Origin: Orbicella franksi | Taxonomy: Eukaryota | Length of the DNA: 64,000 nt | Direction: 5' to 3' | Assembly (NCBI GenBank): GCA_964199315.1 | Contig: OZ116708.1 | Location: forward strand, 26,288,001 to 26,352,000 | Part shown: positions 40,719-52,732 of the stretch, in pieces | Position numbering within the stretch: position 1 is the stretch's first letter | Layout: every line of letters begins with the position of its first letter | Program-made: the position numbers and the translations under genes | Notes under the pieces: model-generated | Database searches by the model: none | Seen by the model: the letters and a program-made list of their open reading frames with translations, nothing else | What the model was told of the DNA's origin: nothing

Positions 40719-43700
40719 AAGTGTTCTGCTTTAGGGTAAATACTTCAGTCCAGGTTTTGAATAAAAACGAAAGTACTATACTGCACCGCTATGTGCGTGT
40801 ATACCTAATATCTGCAAAGTTCCCTCACGTCTCACTTGAACTGACGTCTGACGTTTTATCCAATCAAATTGCGTGACGTGATTTTCACGTGATTTTGATC
40901 AAACAAGATGTAATTTGTGGCGTTACTTGACAAATCAATTTTCATTTAATAGGCCTAGACTGATCATCAACGTGCGGGAAGAGTCGTATTCAGTTTCCAG
41001 TTATTTGTTCCTTTGGAAAACTTTAGCTTGAAGAGTGTTTTTCGACAACAGATGAAAGCTGGCTTTATCCAGCACAAGTCTGTGATTCTTTATGGAATTA
41101 TTCATGACCATGCATTGATGCCAGCGCCCTCTTACAGCCTCGACCGCTGGTAATATGTACATGGCTTGGGCTTCGGGCTGCCAGTTGTTTCATACGGAAG
41201 TTAAGTGTTGGTTTTCGACAATTTTCGCACTGATCGTCGCAGTAGCAGAGGAATAGTGAACGTTTTCACATTTGTCAGCGACACCATGCGCCGCCATTAA
41301 TACGAGCAAAGTGGTAAAGGTACACGGTGGTTTATAGTTGTATTCGATGGAAGGCTTTATCAAAACATTTCGCTTTTCTACTTTGGCTATGGAAGAACTG
41401 CTGAAGTGAACAAAGTTTCAAGTATGTATTCAATATCTCTACTTATTATGCCATGATATCGAAAGTTTTTACGGTGTCTAAAACTGTTCCTTTGAAGAGA
41501 ATTCTTAGCTATCAGTTTGTTTGTATACAAGTTATTTTCTGCTTGATCTCTCTAGCGAGGATCGCCATTTAAGTCTGATGATTTCATAGTAGTGGCTGGC
41601 AGCACTTTGCGGCCAATACTGTACTTGCTAGAAATCGTGTTTTGTAAAACCATCTATGAAACACACTGTGCATGCTCTTACAACTCTATGTTACAAATCT
41701 TCAGCTAGACACTCAGCAAATTTCTTTCCTACAAGGTCAGAATGAATGCATCACAGTGCGTGACGCCTTAATAAAATTTGGCCCAAAGATAATTCTTGAA
41801 ATGCTTCATAACAAGTTGTAACGTCGTAGGGTGTCTTAACAGATAATTATTCCGCGGCGGAGAGTTGGTTCTTTGCTTTGTCGACACACGAGTTGCTTAC
41901 ATTTTGAAAACAGCCTGCCCCATAAAGAGGTGAATGATTCCCTCACGAGAAAGCTTAGAATGTTGTAAACAAAACTACATATTCAATATAAAACCAACAT
42001 TTGGAAAGTTTAGGTTTATATTTTGTATCATAAAAGTAAGGTGTCAAAACTGAAGGTACTTCGCAAGTCCGCTTAGGACTATAGTAAATAATCAACGGAT
42101 ATTTAAAGATCAGTCTATAATTACTGTTAGTTTATGTCTAAGCGTCTTGCCAAAAAATAGTTATGTTGTTGTTTGTCATTGAGTTCGCTTCACGAACAAC
42201 ATAACTTTTCCAATCCAGTCAGTTTAGTTTACATGATCTTAGTTCGAATTTTAAATTCCCTGAATCCCTAAGGAACCCTAATTCACATCCTCTAATTTGA
42301 AGTCAACTTGCAGAGTGCACTGAATCCAGAACTAGAGTCAGTAATATCTTAAGTGAAATAAGTATTTTTTTAACTTTAGGCATTGTGGTGATCTGAAATC
42401 CTGGCTATCTAGGTGAAAGTCCAAAAAGTACGTCTTATTCTTTAAATATCTCAAAGGGTAGAACATTACGTTGTCAAAGAAAATAATTCCAAGATTGATT
42501 TTGCTATCACAACTGATTGTCTGCTTATTCGTGTGTATCAAATCATACTGACAGCGGGACACAAAGCCCGATTTGAATTGGCTTACACTGGAGGTGTGTT
42601 CGGGGGAGGCGGCACTTTTGAGTACTGAGTTTCGTAGCTTGCGAACACAGACGGATTTCCAGCTTTTTCTGGCATTGGATAACAAATCTTGAAGATTCGG
42701 TTGAAGTATTGTAACATTTTAGCCCATTACCTAAGCTTTCCACAACTGGAGCTGCGAAAGCCGAGCTCAGAACGAGAGAAATATCCACAACGCTCAAACG
42801 CCTTCAGCGGAGTAACACTGAGGTCATGCTGAAATTAACATCACATAAACAGCGATCCTAGTCACCACAATTTTGCACAAAAGACGCATTATAACCGGCC
42901 TCATTTTCTCTTGAAGTGAAATATTACGGATGTGAGTAAATTTTGAAAACAGGCTGCGAATAGCAACGCGAATTACATTGTCCCGAATTATCACAAAAGC
43001 TACACATGACAAGTTTACACCAATAACTTTTACAACAAGGTGAATGAATTGTATCACATTTCCGTTGATAAATTTCCTCGGCTTTTTTGCTCGTTGACTG
43101 GTCGATTCTAACACTTGCTGCCAAATGGTCAAGTTAGTTGAAAATGCAATCTCAAAGATAAATGTTTACATTTTTTGTACCAAACAGGCAACTCTCTCAA
43201 ATCGCTGATTTCGAATCATTTTTTCCGGCTTGATGCTCAGAGGTAAAAATATAAAAATACCCATTTTCCTCATAGTCCACTTTGACATTGAACAATGATT
43301 CTGCTCGCTGCTTCAAGTAAACTTAGATTCTTACTGATATTTTTAAGCTTCAGTTTTGTGTCAATCATCATGTACACTTCAGAGCATACTCATTCAGTAC
43401 TCCAAGAGTCAGATCAGACTCAGTGAACATGAGATCAACAGATTCCGCTGGAGTGTTTGTATTTTTGCAGATTATGGTTTACGTGATCTTGCTTCGATTG
43501 TTTTGATTTCCTGAATTTGACAAACCAAAAGATCTCCTAATTTGCACTCTACTCGGTTTAGAGTGTGGAGAATTGAGAATTGGTCAGTCATGTTTGAAGT
43601 AAAATATCTTTTTAACTATTATGAAATCATGGGAAAAGGTCCCCGTAGAAAACGTTTCTCAGTCTTCGTAATCTTCAAAAACTTAAACGAAACAGCTAAA

Positions 43701-44342
43701 GAAACGAAATCCAAGATTGATGAAGTATCACACAGCAAGAGCTACCGTTTCCATGGCGTGACTTGCAAGTCGAGCTAAGGCCCGGGTGGAAACCGGAGAA
43801 ATGCCCGCGACATTTAAAACTCGAGTGCAAAGAATGCGAGGAAGAGAACCACAAGTCGGAAGCTACCTACAACAGCACTGTGCCGAAATCGATGCTGCAA
43901 TCATGTTGTGTCGCGCTCCCATAAACAGCAAACCAAGTCAACAATATTTCAAACCGGCAAACTGAGATATTACTGATATGCGTCATGGATAATAAGTCAT
44001 GTTGCACGTCTTCAAGACAAAAAAACTTGCCAGCCAAATGCTCAAAATTATATAGTAGCGACTGTGAAAAAACGAGTAAGAAAAAGATGGCATATGGGAT
44101 CGATAGTTCGAAATATAATTTCGTCGACACCCAACTAATTCAAAAGTTTGACTCGGTTCACTCGAATTGGCTTTGAAAAATGAATATTCAAATGCTGCAC
44201 GCCTTTCTGTACTAACTTAAAATCGAATTTAAAAAGTCAGGGGAAAAAAAAATAAAGAAAAATGGAATCGGAACCTCGTAAACAACACACTATTCTAAAC
44301 TAGTTAAAAATTCTGATAGAGTTAGCTCATTCAAAGTCATAC

Positions 44343-44500
44343 CTCATCACGCAGTCTCCACAGAACCTATGTCCACAAGTTGTCTGCAGTACGGGCTCTC
44401 GAAGCTCTAAATAGCAAATAGCGCATTTGTCGTCGTTTAATTCCAGAGCCGTTGAATAAAATCCGGGGATACTGGAAGGTATTTTCCCGTAGGAGCCCAT
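44343..44500 (-). CDS. TRAF6: TRAF6-like first exon V7, intact RING 5' half
   Basis: MGSYGKIPSSIPGFYSTALELNDDKCAICYLELREPVLQTTCGHRFCGDCVM-AG|gtatga; 158 nt. Several CCAAT/ATTGG motifs lie at 44.65-44.86 kb. Confidence 0.9.
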
Positions 44501-46589
44501 GTTTTTGAATTGAAGGGAAATATATACTCCAAGCGAACCAGCTCTTGTTCACGCCCACGTCGTTGGCTCGAATGATTATATTACGCTTATTGTTCTTGCT
44601 TTTTGTACTACTCCCGGAAGTCATGGCCAGAAATTCATTAAATAATCCACCAATTAGTGGCGTAGGTATTACAATGTAGGCATTGTATATAATGGACAAA
44701 CAAGTCAGGTGTATGACTCTTGGGGTTGCGCATACTTGTCCTGGTACTTGCTGATTGGTCTTATATATCGCACAAGCAGATTGGTCAATAATTGAATTTA
44801 TGGTCCAAATATGGACAACTCGGAAAATGCGTCGTTCAATGTATGAGTAGCCAATATCGGGTAGGACTTACCAAATCAAACCTTGGACTGTAAACGATTG
44901 TAGCCCAATTTATTTTCCACATTAGCTTGTGACATTGTGAGGCGCGATGGGCACTAGCCTGCGATCAGACGTTCAAATTCGTATTTGTCGCGGAAAAATA
45001 ATGAAGAACGCCTAAAGTTTATGTTTTCATGCTGTGTGATCGCAGGTTTACACAATACAAGCGAACGATCGATGGCCTGGCTCCTCGTATTCGAAGGGGA
45101 CGAGATTGCTCCTCACTTGCCAACTGTGAGAATTACTGGTAGTCTTTTCGCGGCAACGAACCATGTTCTGGTTAGTACGTTAAATGTGAGGCGTTCTGAA
45201 GACTGTGAGTCTTCGCATCCACAGTTTGTTTTGCATGATATCAAATCTTCAGAATGTCAGTTTGATGACATGGTGTGTCTTGTTTCTTTAAACATCTTGT
45301 GTGCTTTGACTTGATTCTGTTAATCATTCTAGCGAGATCGCCATTTTAGCCCGATTTCTTACTGTGTACGAGTAAATGCCGGACAGTCGGTTTGTTTACG
45401 AAGTTTTTCAGAGGCAAATGCAAGCTATTTCAGCAGCATTTGCACTCAGACTGGAAGTTCGAAACCCGTCATGAATTTAATTTGTATTTTAAACTACGTC
45501 AAACACGAAATTTGATTTGCCTTATCTTTTAATTTTGTTGTCGCTTACATTTCTTTTGTAGGCATGTAGTTCGACCAGAGCGAAAATTTCTTAACTGATG
45601 GTATGCAAGTCAACCTACAAGTACGATCGAGTAAATATAGGCTACTCTGAAATGTTTTAATGATGGATGGACAAATTAAGTCCAAGAGACTGAAGGTCCA
45701 CTTTTCACGAGACAGATATACTGTCCAATCATTTCAAATATAAGCCATGTCAAACACCCATGGTGGCTGGTGATGTAGAGTTTGTTTTCGCTTCTAGAAA
45801 TGAGAGATTTAAGCAAATTGAAATCAAAACTCGGAATAACTATGAATAAGGGAAATTATGCTTGATACTTGTCAACCTAAGTATGTTTTGTAATCATTGC
45901 AAATATCTATTGCAAAAGAGATACACCTGCAATCCTTTTGAATATTACTGCATTGCTAGTGAGATTAGCACAAACAATTACCAAAATAAATAGGAACAAA
46001 ATAGTGTGATTTGTTTCCAAGAAACAAAATTATTGTTTTTTTTTTTTCATTATTTGCATACACAACAATATGTAGTACCCTTATTATTGTATTGCATCAA
46101 GCTGGGGGGCTACTCTCTATGGTTGACTAAACTAACAGGGGAGGGATTAACTCAGTAAAAAAATGTGGCTTTGCTTTGTAACTGTTGAACTTAAGAAAAT
46201 AAGCTGGCACACTGCGTAAACAGCTGAACTATTTCCTCCCCCAAGTAAAATACAACATTTGGACAAATTTTAAAAACAGACTGTCACGTCAATAGCTGTA
46301 TTATTTTCTGGCAGTAAAGATATCATAGCGAGGCGTCCAGTTCTTTCTTGGTAGAGAGAAAATCATTTGTTATACATCAATAGTAAATAAATAAGCTTGG
46401 AAATGCACTTTGTTGTCTCAGGACTTTATATTGTTTTAATTTCATACACTTTCCCAATGCGTATTCAATCAAATTTCTTTTCGGCGAAGAGATAAGGTCG
46501 GCATCAAGGAAAGTTGTAACAGCGCTCCAAAAGTTCTATTGACCGGTAGCCGGGAATTATTCCCGGCCGTACTTAGCTCTTATTAACCG

Positions 46590-46900
46590 AGCAGGAGGTA
46601 TCTTGACCAATGAGTACAGACTTCACTGCGTTCGGTCTGTACTCACGCCCGAGATCAAGATTCTCCCATACAGACCGACTAAGCTCGATTATTATAAATA
46701 GATGTTCATTTTATGCCAGTTACGTTTAACGTAACTGACATTTTGCTTGCGAACGATGATGAGCTGAACTTAATTCTGCCAAAGTTTGCTCGTCCCCTTT
46801 ACTTTTTTTTGTCATCAGGCTTTTTGGCACTTCCATGAAACTAATATTTTTAGAACAAAATAGTCCATATTTTTGTATTTTAGTTTGCAACTTTTTCACC
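46590..46900. repeat. Interspersed repeat with an internal hairpin
   Basis: ATCTTGACC...GAGTACAGAC...GGTCTGTACTC...GATCAAGAT forms an imperfect palindrome. Confidence 0.5.
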
Positions 46901-47385
46901 GCAAAATGTAACCAATCTGGGTGGGAAAATCTAGACCTCGGTCAATATCGAATTCGTGAATTCGGTAGTTCCCAGTCCTTGTGAGACACAGCCATAAATT
47001 AATGTAGCGTCCAAAGCAAGAACTACTAATAAGAGCCGCCGTAGCGAAAATGACATTTAATACATTGACATAAACTGGGGTCACCAGACGAATGAATTAT
47101 AAAGTCCGCTCTCCAATCTGAATGTAATGCTGAACAGTTAACCATGAAAGCTCCTATTACCGTTCTTAGGGTAAAGTGTGTGTTGTTTTTCATTAAAGTA
47201 TTCAACCACATACAGAAGTGTAATGTTCAAAAAGAAATTAGCGCCTCATCCCTTATAAGCGTCGTCTCTCTAATACGCGGCTCCCTTGAGCTACCAAAAG
47301 TAAATTAGTGCCCAGTGCACTAAATCGGATCATTAGGGTAGTCCCAAAAGGTCTCATGGCTTAAACAAAAGTTGCACAGCTGTTT

Positions 47386-47659
47386 CAGAGCGTTTTTGAT
47401 TTGAGTGTCGAAAAGTATTTGATATTGCACTTACTACGCCACCCGATTGGTTTAAAAACTCGCGCCACTTTCTCATCCAATCAGGAGTAAAACCAAAACC
47501 AATCGAGATTCACTCGCACGGGTTTTCCCGCGCTTTGCGTCAACTACATGTAATTACTTGGAGTTTTCATTGGTTCACTGGATTATCTACGTCATTTGTG
47601 ATTGGTTAGAGTGATTACTTTGGTTTCGGTTTTACGACACTCAATTGAAAACCGCTCTA
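47386..47659. mobile_element. MITE, about 275 bp
   Basis: AGAGCG..TTT.ATTGAGTGTCG inverted termini. The internal TTTTCCCGCGCTT motif also occurs at about 12.44 and 18.2 kb. Confidence 0.7.
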
Positions 47660-48619
47660 ATTATGACTAAAACCAATCGTGACTTGCTCGCGGACGTATT
47701 CCTACACAGCGCAGCACCTGTAGCATGTTACCATACGCTACCTGTGCTACCTGTTAATATGCACTAGCAAACGGTTTCACGTTTTCTCCGTGCTACTTTT
47801 GCTGTAATTAGTCACAAGTGATTAAAGAATAACTGTCGTAGTAAGTAACCAAACGAGGTAAACAAATTGAGAAGTCACAATCTCTCTCACCACCAGAGGC
47901 AGGCTAGAGGGGCTAACACACCAGAAGCGAAGCGTAGTATATGTTTCGTTGTTTGTAGAGATTTGTGTGTGTGGTATTAATAGTTGTGAATATTTGGGTT
48001 AATCAGGACTTCCTACTTGTTTGTAAAAACAACAAACACGCAAACAAACAAACAAATGAGAAGTTAAAATGTACGTGGTTGCTAGTCTCAAACTGTCTAA
48101 AAAGAGATTCGTTATCCAAGATTTGTCTTTTTCGAAAACCAGACTAACCTGTTTTACGGGTAGTATGCGCGGTGCGAAGAATGACAGAGAACTATAACCA
48201 ACCGGTTTGTATCCGTTTCGCACATTTTTTTAGTGAAGTTGGAAAGTAGAAACAGCGTTTTTTTGAGTTTCTAAATTTCTTTCCTTGATTGGAATGATTT
48301 TCTCTCTCCGAATTAATGATTCAAAGAATACAAGTCACAACAATTTTTTTTATAAGTTTAAACGTTGTACTGAACAGTTTGAATCAAACCATTTCAAGTG
48401 ATACAAATGACACTAAAAATTACACTATCTACAGATTAACGTCTCTCATCGATCAGCATAGTTACAAAGGGCTAAAAGATATATCAGCGAACAACCACAT
48501 AATAAATGCTACATTTAAAAGCTCCATGTAAAATCTATTACAATCAACATTTTTTTTTCAAAAACTACTCTATCGCATAAAATACAGGTAGCAAGTCGAA
48601 GAAAATATACAAATATAAA

Positions 48620-48890
48620 AACTGCATTATTGGATAGTGCAATTCCAGAATTTTCATTGGCTATCGCTTCGCCATCATGGCATATCAGCGATTATACCAT
48701 GATCTAAAATTTGGTATGTGTACGCTTGATTTTGGGGGGCGTTTTCATTTTTATTTTATTTTATTTTATTTTTCTGTTTTTTAATAAAATAATTATTCCA
48801 CTCGCGCTTCCTGTGTATGAGATAACTATACTCAACTCGGCGCTAGGCGCCTCGTTGGCTATCTCATCTCATATCCAACGCGGCCGACTG
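48620..48890. repeat. Interspersed repeat with palindromic 3' part
   Basis: ATTATTCCACTCGCGC...ACTCGGCGCTAGGCGCCTCGTTGGCTATCTCATCTCATATCCAACGCG. Confidence 0.5.
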
Positions 48891-49296
48891 TGAGCGCTCC
48901 TGTGCCCCATTTCGAAACTCAAAAACAAGATGTTTTATTGATTTTCCTTATTTTTCCAGGCCCTGCGACGCGTATTATCTGTGTAAACGGTCGAATAAGG
49001 TGTTTAGACTCGTGACTATTCAGAATCAGTGACAAACACAGCTGAGGAAGGCAAAGCCGCCGAAACACAATGTTCCGAACACAATGTAATATTTCTGTCG
49101 GCCGACGGTGATTCTATATTCCTTTAAGCTAACCATTAACTAGGCATATTCAACAGTTTTGCCAGCAGAGAGCAATCGTTAAAAAATGTTAGCCAGCATC
49201 AACAAATCAGTACTATGCTTGTGAACGTCTCCTTACAAATGAGTTAACCGACAAAAAAATTCAAAAATAACAATAGCAACAGCAACTTATCGTCAC

Positions 49297-49792
49297 TTAG
49301 TCGGAAAATTCAATTTTCAGAAACAACTTGTCGTTCTTTACGTAATGAGGACCAAAGACCTGCTCAATCGGAGCGAACTTTACAAAACCACATCCTTTAG
49401 GGCAAATGGCTTCCCTGGGCCTGTGGAATGCAGATACATTTTGTGTGGCTTGTACGATCTGGCTGATGTCGTTGTGTTTGGCACCACTCCGATCCAAGAT
49501 CGATAACGTGATTGTTCCAGTGAAAGGCCATTGTAAAAGATCATCATGTTCTCCCTCCATCATGTGAACAAAGATGGCCACATATCTGCCTCTTCCATTA
49601 TCCACTCCATTGAGATAAACTCTTATTCCAAACTTGTATTCATACTTATGCTTATTAATTGCGGGACTGAAGAAAGCTATGGCCTCTTCATTGACATCCA
49701 GTTGCCGTCGCTGCTGAACCTCTGATATTTCAAAAATAAAACATGTTTCTCTTGGATTGATCTTGTTTCTTGTGGCCTTTTGTGGCTTGGCC
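49297..49792 (-). CDS. TRAF6: TRAF6-like cassette 3, terminal MATH exon (N-terminal strand divergent)
   Basis: Phase-2 acceptor ttctcag|. FFSPAI...RVYLNG...AIFVHMMEGEHDDLLQWPFTGTITLSILDRS...AFHRP...KGCGFVKF...KNDKLFLK. Confidence 0.88.
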
Positions 49793-50056
49793 CTGAGAAT
49801 AAAATACAATTTAATACCCATTATTTACATTACACTATTTCCCTTTAAAATCATATAACGGTGTCAATGTTGTTGATTAAAGCTATCGTTATCACCTCTT
49901 TAGTCATAGTTTACTTTTTATTCGATACAATGTCGTATTCGATATAAGGTAGCTAGTTAAAAAAATAGTGATTGTTGCCTCCAGTCACAGGATATAACAT
50001 ATATGACCCTGTATTTTATTTCCAATAGGAATGTAGTACACGTAACATCAGCTTGC

Positions 50057-50805
50057 CTGTCAGATTCCTGTCTCCACAGTTGTAGTTCCTGGCGACTACA
50101 GGTATGCTCCACAGCCTGTTCCCTCTCACCAGTGGAACTCACTGCATTTATGTCGGCACCATTTAGCTGCTGGTGACATGGAGGCAGGTCTTCGTGTTCA
50201 TCTGGCGTCCGCTCTGCAAAAGGTGCGGTCTCCTGAATAGGGCAAGGCACTTCCTGTCTATCTTGGCTCTGGCGTGTATCCAGGCCCATCTCCTGAGTGG
50301 GGTGGCTCAGTGCATTAGCCTGTGCACTCTGCTGGTAACTGGGCTGCTGTTGTTGTCCATTCACCAGCTGACATGCAGCCGGTTCTTGGACGGAGGATTC
50401 TTCTCTGGATATAACCCCTCCACCATTTAACATGTTCACACCACTGCTTCCTCCAACATCGCTCCGCTGGTAAACTGGCTGCCTCTCACGCGTATTCAGC
50501 AAATACCCTGCGATCTCTTCCGCTTCTGGGATGGGGCAAGATACTTCATTGGCTTGTCCGCCAGTTGCTCTGAGGTAGGTTCGTTCATTAACCTGACCAT
50601 CATCGCCCTGCTGGTTGGTCGGATGCCGCTCTTGATTGAGGGATTGCTCCGTTTCCATGTCAGGAAGAGATGGTCCAACACCCTGCTCATCATTTCCCTG
50701 CTGATAACCTGGCTGTTGCCCTTGCTCAGGGATCCCCTGCCCGGCGGGTGGTTCAGCTGGAGGAGTGTTGTCACTCGTGACGCAGCCCTGACCACCATCT
50801 CTGCT
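50057..50805 (-). CDS. TRAF6-like cassette 3, linker exon
   Basis: 749 nt, phase 0 to 2; acceptor attctag|; donor AG|GCAAGC. Motifs SVQE, PTQE, PIQET, PDEHED and AVEHTC. Confidence 0.85.
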
Positions 50806-52039
50806 CTAGAATAAATAAAATACAAGCAAATGACCTCGTGCATTTAGCACTGCTGTGCTAATTGAGGACAGTACAAACAAATACTACGAATAGGACAGAA
50901 TTAAAGTAGAAGCGGCTTCACACCCACGGCGAAAATGTCGAGAACAGCGAAGATAGCTTTGAAAAATTGAATTTTGAACAACCATCACTGGAAGGAACAC
51001 AAAAATTGAACAGTCTGAATATAAAAAGTAACGGGTGATTTATTGTTGTTTCATGAAATCAATTTGCGGTATGTTGTAGTCGGCCGGCAGAAGGCCGAAT
51101 TAACGTGACCTTTGGCAAGATACTAACTTCATATCCCAACACTTGCAGAGAGAAGTCGTGTTGTACACAAAAAACGTCAGTGAGATGTGGAAGGTCGTGA
51201 ACACGTCCTATTTCATCTGCCGCACCGCTGGACTTTGGAGCACGTTATAAGCTAATATGTGAGTACGATTGGGCTAAAAAAAAATACATCATAAGTATCG
51301 GCAAGACGCCGATAGATTTCCCACGGAAGCCCTCCGCCGACGACAACTCCAGATTGGGCTCAAACAACAATATAATATCAAACCTATCTTCGCTGTTCGC
51401 ACTCAAACTTACTGAAGAATTCACCACCGCCAGTACTTTCGCCGTAAATGTGAGGTACCGCTGTTTATTTGACGGAAGTCAATTGCCAAGAGGGGTTTGA
51501 TTTCGGTGGTCCCGTAGCAGTGAATGTTTCATTACTTCCAGTGGTGTGGATCGACTTCGTCCGAATCAAGTCGAATCGTCAAGCATCTCAGACGAATGGA
51601 CAAAGTTTGGGTATATTGGACATGGTTCATCTCAAAATAATTTTGTCTTGAGAAACCTGCTTTCCCTTAGCTATAAAATAGCACATTATGCTAAAAATCC
51701 CTTCTAAAACCATTATTTTAGCCGATACGGAAAGCAATCTTACACATGCGCATCGCGTGATAGTGTCCCTTTCAAGTTTAATCACAGAAGCGCCGTTCGG
51801 TAAAGCATAGAGAGAAGATGACTAAAAATAAGATTAAAATTTTGAACTTACGATGGAGTCACTGACTGATTCATCTAAATGATTAGAGAATAGCATTTTC
51901 GCTGCTACAGATAGGAAACTTCGCTCGTCGCTGGAGTTTGTATCTACAAGCACAGGCAAATTCAAATGTCACATCCTTATTTTCGAAGTTGGGGTTTTAT
52001 TCAAATCCAGCACGTGGGTCAGTGTACTTTTCGCGTTTG

Positions 52040-52380
52040 TCCAGTGATTCTTCCCCAATGATGTCAATGATCACCTTTATCATGGCAAGGCCCCCGTGAA
52101 CGTTGATAATATTATTCAGAAGATTTCGAGACATTTGCATTGACGTCAGCAAGCTTTAGCGAACCAATCAGAATAATCTTTCATTTCAAATCCAGCAAGT
52201 GGATGTAATCGACCATCAAACAATGGTTTACTTTTCGCGCGTGTCCACTGGTTCTTTCCCAGATATGACTTGTTGAGATCACCTTTATTCTGGGAAAACC
52301 CCAGTGAACGCTGATATATATTTTTCGATAGGAAACATTTGCATTGACGTCAACAAGCTTCAGCGAACCAATCAAAGGAA
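52040..52380. promoter_or_regulatory. Duplicated module of about 204 bp, each copy with TGACGTCA plus CCAAT
   Basis: TGACGTCA at 52141 and 52345; CCAAT at 52164 and 52368. Confidence 0.4.
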
Positions 52381-52680
52381 TCGTTCTCTTTCGTAGCTAT
52401 AGGAACAAATAATCCGTGAGCAAACCAACAAACCGATCAGGATGGAGATCGATGGCGTCCACTTTTCGCGCTTTTAGGCCTCGTTTTCCAACCATGTACC
52501 CCCTGCTAATAATTATTGCACAGTTGTTATATATATTACGTGCTTTCAGAGACCAACCAGCCAAAAACAGACTGCTTCACGATTTAGTTGCAATCAATTT
52601 ACTCAAAGGAAATGCATTGTTTACCAATACGCAAAGAGGTATATGCTTACATACTATCTGGCAAAGAATTCCATATTTAC

Positions 52681-52732
52681 CTCTGACTCTACCGGAGGTT
52701 CATTATCAACAGGGCATCTGCTTGGGCCATTC
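52681..52732 (-). CDS. TRAF6: TRAF6-like cassette 3, RING-tail exon (NGPSRCPVDNEPPVESE)
   Basis: ctttttgaag|...GAG|gtaaat, 52 nt, phase 2 to 0. Confidence 0.85.

Larger units (their letters stand above)
25760..44600. repeat. Mosaic segmental-duplication array of TRAF6-like promoter / first-exon / intron-1 segments
   Basis: The same few-hundred-bp modules recur 2-6 times. For example GATCGAATC(A/C)GATTGACAGCGGG-type sequence at about 26.4, 29.9, 31.1, 35.3, 39.7 and 42.5 kb, and the module at 28.4, 32.3, 38.2 and 40.9 kb (also 52.9 and 63.6 kb). Confidence 0.85.

Noticed and set aside
41280-41820. ATPase-like words (VGKK...FIDGF) in an intron module
   Set aside because: No true Walker A motif and many stops; not supportable without a profile search.
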